59,207 bases of DNA from Candidatus Eiseniibacteriota bacterium. Lineage in GTDB: Bacteria > Eisenbacteria > RBG-16-71-46. Position 1 is the stretch's first letter; every line of letters starts with the position of its first letter. The stretch is taken from positions 1 to 59,207 of the forward strand of contig JANXPZ010000130.1 of the NCBI GenBank assembly GCA_025357055.1, read 5' to 3'. Shown here in pieces: positions 48,922 to 57,779 of the stretch. The notes under the pieces were generated by a model. It was given only the letters and a program-made list of their open reading frames with translations, did not search any database and was not told the origin of the DNA. A program made the translations under genes and the position numbers.

Positions 48922-51771
48922 TTGAATTCACTCCCTATGCATAGAGCCGCGTTCGTTCCCGTCCTCGCCTCCCTTTTCCTGACGTTCTGCGCTTCTTCCG
49001 CGCTCGCGCAGGCGAAGGGCAGTATTTCCGGCCGGGTCGTGGACCAGAGGACGAACCACGCCATCCCCTTCGCCAACGTGGCCGTGGTCGGCGCGCAGCG
49101 CGGCGGGCTCACGGACTCCGAAGGCCAGTACCTGCTCACGGGCATCCCCGTCGGGACCTACGAGCTGAGCGTGCGCTTCCTCGGCTACCGCCCCGGAAAC
49201 CGGACCGGCGTGATCGTCACGGCCGGCAAGTCCGTGGTCGTCAATTTCGAGCTCTCCGAGGTCGTGGTGCAGGAGGTGAAGACGGTCGAAGTGACCGCCG
49301 AGCGCCGCCTGGTCGAGGTCAAGCAGGGCACCACGGTCCGCAGCACCAACGCCAGCGAGATCCGCAACCTGCCGGTCCAGACCATCGGGGACGTCCTGCA
49401 GCGGCAGGCCGGCATCAGCACCGAGGGGGACCAGATCCACATCCGTGGCGGGCGCGCCGACGAGACGGTCTTCGTCATCAACGGCGTCACCAACCGCGAT
49501 CTCGTGACCGGGCAGTCCACGGCCGGCCAGATCAACGCCCGCTCGGTCGCCGAGGTGAACGTCGCCACCGGCGCCTACGACGTGCGCTACGGGAACGCGC
49601 TCTCCGGCGTGGTCGAGGTCAAGCTGAAGGAAGGTGGAGACCAGATGACGGGGGGCATCACGACGACGGCGGGAAGCTATGGCGGCCGCGCGTTCCAGCT
49701 CGTGGTCGGCGGCCCCGACCCGGTCTGGAGCCCGCTGCTGCACCTCGCCGGTCTGCCGGGCAAGGTGACGTCGATCCTCGACTTCTCGTGCAGCCTGTAC
49801 GACACCCGCTACCGCTACCTGAGCCCGGTGAAGAACGATTTCTACTCGAACACCATCGAGCCGGTCTTCGTCCCTTCCGAGACCTACCGGCTCACGTCGA
49901 GCTACGAGGACAGCTTCCTCGGCCGGCGCTTCAAGTACGGGGACATGTTCGGGCCCTCCGCGGACAACCGCTGGGCGCTGCGCTACGGCCTGACCTGGAA
50001 GCCGAGCGTCCGCGACAAGTGGGAGATGGATTTCTCGAAGCGCATCGCGATCGACCAGGGCTTCAGCCGCACGTTCATCACGGCCACCGGCGACCAGGGC
50101 GATCCGACCTACCCGTGGCGCTGGGCGCACCGGATCCAGCACGCGCCGACGATCTTCGAGGACAACGTCCAGAGCTCGGTGTCCTGGCGGCGGTCCCTGG
50201 ACGCCACCGGCTTCACGGAGCTGCACTTCTCGCGGTACTTCTTCGCCCAGCGCCAGGACGTGATGGGCAAGATGTGGTGGGACTTCCAGGGCGACACCAG
50301 TCTCTACCAGGCGCCGGACGACCTCGTCTTCCCCCGTGGCGACCCGCGCCGCTCGGACTATTTCTACGACACCGGCGACAACAACACCTGGCAGGACCGC
50401 CGCACGACCACCTACCAGCTCCAGGGCAACTACCTGCAGCGCTTCAAGCGGCACGAGGTGGAACTGGGCTTCGACCACCAGTCCCAGTCGGTCCAGTACG
50501 TGACCATCGAGGACCCCTGGACCGAGGACCAGAACCGTCTGGGCGCGGCCCACGACGTGTGGTCCGTGCATCCGTGGGTGGGGAACCTCTACGCGCGTGA
50601 CCGGCTCGACTACGAGGGGTTCACCGGCAACGTCGGGATCCGGGCCGATTACTGGTTCCTGGGCCGCGAGGCCGAGGCCGCCATCGCGGACCCCACCAAC
50701 CCGAACCTGACCTCCGAGACCCGGGAGCTGTTCTACGACGAGACGCGCTCGTTCTTCGGCCGGCGCTACAAGCTGAAGCTGTCGCCGCGCGTGATCGTGG
50801 CCCACCCGATCACCCAGAACAGCAGCTTCTTCTTCAACTACGGGCAGTTCACCCAGAACCCGTCGTACCGCTACGTCTACTCGCGGCTCACCTCGATCTC
50901 GAGCGAGTCGTTCCCGCTGCTGGGGAACCCCAACCTCAATCCGCAGGTCTCGGTCAACTACGAGCTCGGCGCCAAGCACATGTTCCTGCCCACCGCCGCC
51001 GCCAACCTGACCTTCTTCGTCAAGGACACCTACGACTACCCGGCCTCGACCCTGTTCACCGGAGGCGAGGCTGCCGCCGGAGAGGTCCCGAAGCCCGTCT
51101 TCGTGTATCTGAACGGGCACTTCGCCCGGTCGCGGGGGTTCGAGCTCGAGATCGAGAAGCGGCGCAGCCACAACTGGTCGGGCAAGATCATCTACACCTA
51201 CCAGCAGACCAAGGGGAAGAGCAGCGATCCCAACGAGCAGAAGATCGTCCAGCAGACCGGCGGCAACGCCGCCGACACCCGGCTCTCCGAGACCTTCGTG
51301 TCCTGGAACCGGCCGCACAAGCTCGCGGTCATCTTCGACGCGCGCTTCGACAAGACGGCCCCCTGGAGCTGGGTGCGGAACAGCGGGCTGAACCTCTACA
51401 TCCAGGGCTATTCCGGACGCTCCTACACGCCCCAGGACACGCTCACCACGCAGGCGGGCGAGCCCAACTCGAAGAACGGGCCGTTCCAGATCACCACGGA
51501 CCTGCGCATGAACCGGTCGCTGCACATGTTCTCGAAGCGTCTCGACCTCAGCGTGGTCGGCATCAACATCTTCAGCAACCGGCTCATCAGCCGCATCGAT
51601 CCCATGACCGGCCGGGGCCGGGTGTGGGGTGTCGGGTCGTACAATCCGCAGAATCCGGGCTTCCCGCAGGACCCCGTCTCGGTCGCCTATCTCAAGCAGT
51701 CCACCACCGACGATCCATCCAACTACGGTGACGGCGTCCAGTGGAGATTCTCGCTCGACTATGACTTCTAA
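48922..51771 (+). CDS. TonB-dependent outer-membrane receptor with an N-terminal carboxypeptidase-regulatory-like domain
   Basis: Signal peptide, GSISGRVVD..IPFANV, plug (IHIRGGR..E, YGNALSGVV), LGNPNLNPQ.SVNYELG, terminal FSLDYDF. Start is 48922 (TTG) or 48937 (ATG). Confidence 0.9.
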   Translation: MNSLPMHRAAFVPVLASLFLTFCASSALAQAKGSISGRVVDQRTNHAIPFANVAVVGAQRGGLTDSEGQYLLTGIPVGTYELSVRFLGYRPGNRTGVIVTAGKSVVVNFELSEVVVQEVKTVEVTAERRLVEVKQGTTVRSTNASEIRNLPVQTIGDVLQRQAGISTEGDQIHIRGGRADETVFVINGVTNRDLVTGQSTAGQINARSVAEVNVATGAYDVRYGNALSGVVEVKLKEGGDQMTGGITTTAGSYGGRAFQLVVGGPDPVWSPLLHLAGLPGKVTSILDFSCSLYDTRYRYLSPVKNDFYSNTIEPVFVPSETYRLTSSYEDSFLGRRFKYGDMFGPSADNRWALRYGLTWKPSVRDKWEMDFSKRIAIDQGFSRTFITATGDQGDPTYPWRWAHRIQHAPTIFEDNVQSSVSWRRSLDATGFTELHFSRYFFAQRQDVMGKMWWDFQGDTSLYQAPDDLVFPRGDPRRSDYFYDTGDNNTWQDRRTTTYQLQGNYLQRFKRHEVELGFDHQSQSVQYVTIEDPWTEDQNRLGAAHDVWSVHPWVGNLYARDRLDYEGFTGNVGIRADYWFLGREAEAAIADPTNPNLTSETRELFYDETRSFFGRRYKLKLSPRVIVAHPITQNSSFFFNYGQFTQNPSYRYVYSRLTSISSESFPLLGNPNLNPQVSVNYELGAKHMFLPTAAANLTFFVKDTYDYPASTLFTGGEAAAGEVPKPVFVYLNGHFARSRGFELEIEKRRSHNWSGKIIYTYQQTKGKSSDPNEQKIVQQTGGNAADTRLSETFVSWNRPHKLAVIFDARFDKTAPWSWVRNSGLNLYIQGYSGRSYTPQDTLTTQAGEPNSKNGPFQITTDLRMNRSLHMFSKRLDLSVVGINIFSNRLISRIDPMTGRGRVWGVGSYNPQNPGFPQDPVSVAYLKQSTTDDPSNYGDGVQWRFSLDYDF

Positions 51772-52765
51772 CCTGAAGAGAGCCGCTTCGGCGCTGGGGA
51801 TCGCGGGCCTCCTGCTCGGCGTGGGGGTCGCGCATGCCCAGTTCGATCTGGGCAGCCAGCGCGCGGGCACGTCCTCGGGAGCGTTCCTGAAGATCGGCGT
51901 GGGGGCACGGGCCGTGGGCATGGGGGAGGCCTTCGTCGCGGTGGCGAACGACCCCTCCACGATCGTCTGGAACCCCGCCGGGCTTGCGTCCATCCTTCGC
52001 CAGGAAGTGCAATTCTCGCACGCGGCGTGGCCGGGCGACATCACGTACGACTACCTCGTCTACGTGATGCCGTCGCGCCGCCTGGGCGGCTCGCTCGCGA
52101 TCCAGCTGGGCATGCTCGGGACGCAGATGGACCAGACCGACGAGTACCATCCCTTCGGCACGGGGACCACCTTCTCCTACAGCGATTTCGTGGCGGGTGT
52201 GGCCTACGGGCGGCGCTGGACGGACAAGCTCCTGATCGGCGCCGGGATCAAGTACGTGCGCGAGGACCTCGGCTCCCAGGTCGGCGGGCCGGTCAGTTCG
52301 ACCACGCTGGTGGACCTTGGCTCGATCTACTACCTGGGCTACGGCAGCGTGCGGATCGCGACCTCGCTCAGCAACTTCGGGCCCGAGATGGCCCCCGGCG
52401 GCACGTACCTTTCCCCGTACTCGGGGGAGACGCGCAGCTACGACGGCTTCGACCCGCCCATCCAGTTCCGCTACGGGCTCGCGTTCGAGGCGTTCGAGAA
52501 TCCGCGACAGCGGCTCACGGTCTCGACCGAGATCCTGCAGCCCGCCGACAACTCGCAGCGCATCAAGGCCGGGCTCGAGTGGGTCTGGCAGCGGCGTTTC
52601 GCGCTGCGCAGCGGGTACAACTTCAACGCCGACGTCATGCGCTTCTCCGCCGGGGCCGGGGTCGTGCTCCCGATGAGCCTGACGCAGGGCTCGTTCGACT
52701 ACACCTTCACCGACGGTGGCCCGCTGGGCAGCGTGAACCGCATGTCGCTCGGGTTCCGGTTCTGA
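51761..52765 (+). CDS. porV: PorV/PorQ (UPF0164)-family outer-membrane beta-barrel
   Basis: FLKIGVGARAVGMGEAFVAVANDPSTIVWNPAGLA signature, FALRSGY, terminal SLGFRF. Confidence 0.85.
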   Translation: MTSNLKRAASALGIAGLLLGVGVAHAQFDLGSQRAGTSSGAFLKIGVGARAVGMGEAFVAVANDPSTIVWNPAGLASILRQEVQFSHAAWPGDITYDYLVYVMPSRRLGGSLAIQLGMLGTQMDQTDEYHPFGTGTTFSYSDFVAGVAYGRRWTDKLLIGAGIKYVREDLGSQVGGPVSSTTLVDLGSIYYLGYGSVRIATSLSNFGPEMAPGGTYLSPYSGETRSYDGFDPPIQFRYGLAFEAFENPRQRLTVSTEILQPADNSQRIKAGLEWVWQRRFALRSGYNFNADVMRFSAGAGVVLPMSLTQGSFDYTFTDGGPLGSVNRMSLGFRF

Positions 52766-53943
52766 TGGCCGCCCGCGCACGCCATCGGCTGGCACTCGCC
52801 CTGCTCGCGGCGGCCGCCCTCGGGGGGCTGGCCGTCGGGTGCGGCACGACGTTCAAGCTTCCCACCGAGATCCGCGGGAGCAGCAGCACCGCCCAACAGG
52901 GCACGTATCAGAAGATCGACACCTGGCGCGGGATGACCAACATCCAGGACATCCTGCTCACCTCGGGCGGCGAGCTGTTCATGGTCTTCCAGGATCCCCT
53001 GACCCGGACCGGCCAGGTGCGCCAGTTCCCGCAGTCGAACAAGGTGCCGCTCTCCACGAACTTCCCGGGACTGCTCAATCCCACCGCCATCTGTTCCGGG
53101 GCGAACCGGGTCTTCGTGCTGGACCAGGGCGACACGAGCGCCGCGCGCATCACTCTCCCGGACTCGTGTCAGTACGTCGCGGAGCTCAACGCGGACGTGG
53201 ATTCGACCAGGCTGCCGCTCTATGGTTTCAAGCGGCCGATCGCGAACATCGCGGCCTACTGGCACGTGCGCGAGTACCTGCTGGACGGGACCCCGGTGGA
53301 CGCCTTCACCGACACGAGCTTCGCGTGGGTCAACGGAGTGGCGGCCGACGCCCTGGGCCGGGTCTATGTGTCGGGTGTGATCCTCTACGCCAGCGTGGAC
53401 CCCTTCCAGAGTGCGGTGACATACATCGACTTTCGCTCGCGGATCCGGCGCTACGTGCGTGGGACCGGAGACCGCTTCGTGGTCGGCGGCCAGTGGCGCC
53501 GGGATCCGACGTACGTGATCCTCGATGGCACCGGGTTCGGCTCGACCAAGGACCCGCGCGGGATGCAGTGGGCCGACGCGCAGGGCCCGGCACTCACCTT
53601 CGCCGACCGGGGCAACGATCAGGTGCAGAAGTTCGGTGACCCCGCCGGAGGTGCCTCGTCGTACAAGCTGGACTTCGGCGGATCGGGGCCGGACAGCATG
53701 CTGCTCTCGCAGCCGGTCGACGTGGCCGTGGACTCCGCGGGCTACCTCTACATGGTGGATGCCGGGAACTCGCGGGTGCTGCGTTACGATCCCGACGGCA
53801 GATTCGTCCAGCGGGTGGACTGGAACGTGGGAGAGGTCCTGGTCCCGCTCACGGGCCCGGTGTCCGTCGCGGCGGACAACCGGCAGGTGTACATCGCCAA
53901 TCGCGGCGCTGCCGAGGTGCTGCGTTACCGGAGGCGGGATTGA
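52765..53943 (+). CDS. NHL-repeat beta-propeller lipoprotein
   Basis: Lipobox LAVGC; repeats NPTAI..VFVLDQG, PRGM..FADRGNDQVQKF and PVDVAVDSAGYLYMVDAGNSRVLRY. Confidence 0.8.
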   Translation: MAARARHRLALALLAAAALGGLAVGCGTTFKLPTEIRGSSSTAQQGTYQKIDTWRGMTNIQDILLTSGGELFMVFQDPLTRTGQVRQFPQSNKVPLSTNFPGLLNPTAICSGANRVFVLDQGDTSAARITLPDSCQYVAELNADVDSTRLPLYGFKRPIANIAAYWHVREYLLDGTPVDAFTDTSFAWVNGVAADALGRVYVSGVILYASVDPFQSAVTYIDFRSRIRRYVRGTGDRFVVGGQWRRDPTYVILDGTGFGSTKDPRGMQWADAQGPALTFADRGNDQVQKFGDPAGGASSYKLDFGGSGPDSMLLSQPVDVAVDSAGYLYMVDAGNSRVLRYDPDGRFVQRVDWNVGEVLVPLTGPVSVAADNRQVYIANRGAAEVLRYRRRD

Positions 53944-55976
53944 GAAGAGCGATGAGTCTGGCGGTGGCCCTGGTGCTGTGGACGAGTGTGGCCGCGGCGG
54001 TGGAGCGTGAGCCCGCGCCCGCGCTGGGCCCCTCTTCCGTCTTCGAGCGCATCGTCCCCGACTCGGCCCGGTTCGACCAGGAGATCCAGGCGGGGAACGC
54101 GATCGCGATGACCATGACCAACTACGGCTTCTACGGCAACAACTTCTTCCGGCGCGAGGCGTCCTTCGAGTACCCGACCAACCGGGGCTACGAGCACCTG
54201 GTCCGCGGGGGGCTGTGGATCGGGGCGCAGGCCACGGACGAACACGGCGAGTTCACCGGCGTGGCGTGCGGCGCCGTGGACGCTAACCAGGGGCCGAACA
54301 GCACCCTGGCGAGCGAGTTTACGCCGTCCGGGCTGGACATCCTCAAGCGGTCCACGCTGTCCACGAGCCCGTTCTACGATCCCCTTCGGGCGATCAGCGA
54401 ACTGGACTTCGTCTCGGGTTTCAACGATTTCAGCCCCGTTGTCGTGGCCGGCGGCGAAGCCCATCGCCCCATGAACATCGAAGTCCAGCATGAGACCTAC
54501 CAGTGGAACTTCGCTGAATTCGCGAACATCCTCTTCGTGCACCTGAAGGTGACCAACCGCGGTCCGCTGCTCAAGAACATGTATGTCGGCTTCTACGCCG
54601 AGCTGGCGAGCGGCTGCAAGAAGTGCTACGTGAACTGGCCTCCCGGCGCGAGTGATGCCGGCGGCATGGGGGGCTACTACGACAAGAAGTGGATCGCCTT
54701 CGACGACTCGCTGGGCCTGATGCGCGAGCATTACTGCGCGGGCTTCGCGGCGCCTCCGGCGGACCCGGTGAGCGGCTGCGCCGCCCACATCGAGCCGTAC
54801 TGGGTGGGGATCAAGCACCTGGGCACGCGCGGCCTGGCAGAGGACACGACGACCCGCAAGCTCTCGTTCTCGGCGTGGAGCTGGCTGCCCGGCAGCCCCT
54901 TCCGCGACGAGGATGTCGAGCGTTACGCGCTCATGAGCACGGGGCTCATCCAGCCGATCGCCGGGGACTCCCTGATGCCGAGGACCGGCGATCCAGTCAC
55001 GATCTTCAGTGTCGGGCCGTTCCCGCTGATCTATCGGGACAGCACCGTCACCGTGGATTTCGCCTTCGTGGGGGGCTCGGGGGGCGCGGGAGGCGCCGAT
55101 CCACGCGGCATCCAACTCAACTCGAAGTTCGCGCAGTTCGCCTACGACCACAACTACGTCCTGCCGGTCCCGCCCCCTTCGCCGCGCTTCGAGGTGGTCG
55201 CGCGGGAGCAGGCGCTCGATTTCTACTGGGACAACGAGTCGCAGAGCGCCTACGACGTGACGAGCCAGCCTCCCAACGACTTCCAAGGATACCGGGTGTA
55301 CATCGGTGAGGATCCGGACACCATGGCGTTGGTCGCCCAGTTCGACGTCGCCGGCGACACCGCCAGCTTCAACACCGGCTTCGACGCGATCACCATCGCC
55401 CCGACACTCGTGGACACCCTGACGGCGAACTACAAGTTCACGGTCCGCGGGCTGAAGGACGGGTTCAAGTACTACTGCGCCGTGACCGCCTTCGACCTTG
55501 GAAATAGCCAGATCACCTCGCTCGAGAGTGGCCGGTCCCAGAACCAGCGCATCGCCATACCGGGAACCCAGCCGGGTGAGCGGCCGGATTCGAAGCCGAC
55601 GGTCTTCCCGAATCCCTACCGGGTCGAGGCCCGCTGGGACCAGGGGAGCAACGTGCGCGACCACTATCTGTGGTTCGCGAACCTCCCCGAGCGCTGCACG
55701 ATCCGGATCTACACGCTGGCGGGCGACCTCCTGCTCGAGAAGGAATTCGACGGCGCCACCTACCATGGCGAGGGGGCCCGTGGCATCTACGATCCCTCCG
55801 CGTCGCTCGGCAAGCCGACGCTCTCGGGCGCCTCGTTCGGATGGAACCTGATTACGCGCCAGGGGCAGGCCATCGCGACCGGGCTCTACCTGTACTCGGT
55901 GGAAGACCACGCATCCGGCAACAAGCGCCACGTCGGCAAGTTCCTGGTGATCAAGTCCGACCGGGAGGGGCAGTGA
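53940..55976 (+). CDS. Secreted protein with a T9SS-like C-terminal domain, function unknown
   Basis: Signal peptide, MTNYG, SFEYP..L..GGLWIG, FN3-like FQGYRVY..YYCAVTAFD, CTD VFPNPY..IRIYTLAGDL..WNL..GLYLYSV..GKFLVIK. Start may be ATG 53952. Confidence 0.8.
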   Translation: MRRAMSLAVALVLWTSVAAAVEREPAPALGPSSVFERIVPDSARFDQEIQAGNAIAMTMTNYGFYGNNFFRREASFEYPTNRGYEHLVRGGLWIGAQATDEHGEFTGVACGAVDANQGPNSTLASEFTPSGLDILKRSTLSTSPFYDPLRAISELDFVSGFNDFSPVVVAGGEAHRPMNIEVQHETYQWNFAEFANILFVHLKVTNRGPLLKNMYVGFYAELASGCKKCYVNWPPGASDAGGMGGYYDKKWIAFDDSLGLMREHYCAGFAAPPADPVSGCAAHIEPYWVGIKHLGTRGLAEDTTTRKLSFSAWSWLPGSPFRDEDVERYALMSTGLIQPIAGDSLMPRTGDPVTIFSVGPFPLIYRDSTVTVDFAFVGGSGGAGGADPRGIQLNSKFAQFAYDHNYVLPVPPPSPRFEVVAREQALDFYWDNESQSAYDVTSQPPNDFQGYRVYIGEDPDTMALVAQFDVAGDTASFNTGFDAITIAPTLVDTLTANYKFTVRGLKDGFKYYCAVTAFDLGNSQITSLESGRSQNQRIAIPGTQPGERPDSKPTVFPNPYRVEARWDQGSNVRDHYLWFANLPERCTIRIYTLAGDLLLEKEFDGATYHGEGARGIYDPSASLGKPTLSGASFGWNLITRQGQAIATGLYLYSVEDHASGNKRHVGKFLVIKSDREGQ

Positions 55977-57487
55977 TGCGCGCGCGCGGGATCCTGGCTG
56001 CGTCGATCGTGGTCGTCCTGGCCCTCGGTGGGCTCGCCGGCTGCTCGAAGAAGCTGCGTCCGATCCAGAACCTGCCGCCCGAGACCTATGTCTTCATCCA
56101 GGGGTCGGTGGACGTCGTGAACCATCGGGTGCACCTGTACTGGTTCGGCACCGACCCCGATGGCAGCGTCGCCAGCTACAAGTATCGCTGGGTCTACCCA
56201 CCCCCGGCTTCACAGGATCCTGCCTGGGTCACGATCCTCGATGAGCATGGCTCACTGCGCACCGATTCGATGTTCACGGTCTTCACCGGGGACTCGGGGG
56301 AGGTGACCCCGCGTTTCGAGATCTACGCCATCGACAACGAGGGCCTGGCCGATCCCACCCCGGCGGTGCAGCGTTTCCTGCTCAGCAACCTCGCCCCGCA
56401 GGTGATCTTCACCGACCCGCTGGGGCTCGCGGATTCGACCTACGCCTCCGCCACCGTGAGCTGGACGACCATCGACCCGGACGGCGGCGGGCCGGGCCTG
56501 CACTACCGGATCTGGCTGGCCGGCAACGAAGCCAGCTACGACTCGACGAGCGAGCAGACCTTCACCGTTCCGAGTTCCCGTTTTCTCCGTAACGGCGTGT
56601 ATGAGTCCCGCCGCTGCTCTCTCTACGTGCAGGCGGTGGACGACGGGGGTCGCAGGGGAGAGCCGGTGCTGATGAACTGGTACGTGCGGGCTCCGGCGGC
56701 GGTGCTCGAGAACAACCAGGGCCGGCTGCTCATCGTTGATGACCTGCCGCGCACGGGGGCGAACAAGCCGCTGTTCGACGCCTTCTACAAGAGCGTCGCC
56801 GATCTGCTTCCGAACGGCAATCTGGACTACGACGTGCTGCGGCTCTATGCCAATCCCAACATCTTCCGCAGCGGACGCGACGTCGCCCAAACCTTCCGGC
56901 AGTTCAAGGCGGTGCTCTGGTACCGCGGTGGTGAGACCACCGTCTCGCCGTTGCTCCAGGCATACCAGGACAGCATCGGCGCCTACCTGGATTCGGGTGG
57001 GAATCTCTACGTGGACGGTCTCTACCTGACCGAGGGCCTGAACGCTCCAGGCGCCTTCCGCGAGGATTTCGTGAGCCGTTACCTGGGGAGCGCCGGGTTT
57101 GTGAATTGCTTCACCAGACTCGGCTCCTCGGGACCCGTGGACTCGACTGCGGGCTGGAGCAATCGCGTCAACAGCCGTTTCCGCTCCTCCCGTTACGGGG
57201 AGGCATTCGGCGCCACCGCGTCTCCTTCCGCGCTAGTAAGCACGAGCGGCGGGATACGGGTCTTCGCCGTCGCCGACACCAACTCTGTGGCGCTCTGGGC
57301 CATGGACGGCCAGTTGATTCCTGCCAACACGGGCTTCGAAGCGCCTGTCGGGCTAACCGTTCCGCAGGGCACGGGTGGCCGGATCACCGTGCTGAGCATG
57401 CCGGTCCGTTACGCCGCCCCCGCGGTGGCCTCCCGCCTCCTGCGGCGGATGCTCCACGACTTCGGGATCGGCATCCCCCTGCCCTGA
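55976..57487 (+). CDS. Lipoprotein with Ig-like domains and a C-terminal alpha/beta domain, function unknown
   Basis: Lipobox LAGC, PPET, W.GTDPDG.V..Y.Y, AIDNEG..DPTPA, LLIVDD..KAVLWY; TGATG coupling. Confidence 0.8.
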   Translation: MRARGILAASIVVVLALGGLAGCSKKLRPIQNLPPETYVFIQGSVDVVNHRVHLYWFGTDPDGSVASYKYRWVYPPPASQDPAWVTILDEHGSLRTDSMFTVFTGDSGEVTPRFEIYAIDNEGLADPTPAVQRFLLSNLAPQVIFTDPLGLADSTYASATVSWTTIDPDGGGPGLHYRIWLAGNEASYDSTSEQTFTVPSSRFLRNGVYESRRCSLYVQAVDDGGRRGEPVLMNWYVRAPAAVLENNQGRLLIVDDLPRTGANKPLFDAFYKSVADLLPNGNLDYDVLRLYANPNIFRSGRDVAQTFRQFKAVLWYRGGETTVSPLLQAYQDSIGAYLDSGGNLYVDGLYLTEGLNAPGAFREDFVSRYLGSAGFVNCFTRLGSSGPVDSTAGWSNRVNSRFRSSRYGEAFGATASPSALVSTSGGIRVFAVADTNSVALWAMDGQLIPANTGFEAPVGLTVPQGTGGRITVLSMPVRYAAPAVASRLLRRMLHDFGIGIPLP

Positions 57488-57566
57488 TGGGGCTTGGCAG
57501 TCCGCCGCCCGCCCCGCAGTGGCGGGCACGGTCCCTGCCTACGCCGCCCTCTGATGCCGTTTTCAG

Positions 57567-57595
57567 TTGAGTCCTGGCGCCCCGGTGGTTATAGT
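57567..57595 (+). promoter_or_regulatory. Sigma-70-like promoter (TTGAGT-17-TATAGT) with an approximately 180-nt leader
   Basis: Near-consensus boxes with a 17-nt spacer in GC-rich DNA. Confidence 0.6.
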
Positions 57596-57779
57596 TATGC
57601 CATTCCTTGTAGTCGGCTCCGGGGACCGTCACTCGGCGTGACAGCCTGGGACGAGCCTGGAGCGACCGGGGAGAGGCCCGCACCCTCGGGATTACACCTG
57701 CTGGAGGAGGGACAACGACCGCGAAGCAGTTCATGCCTCCCACACCTCGACCACCGCATCAGGAAAGAGAGGGGTCAAA

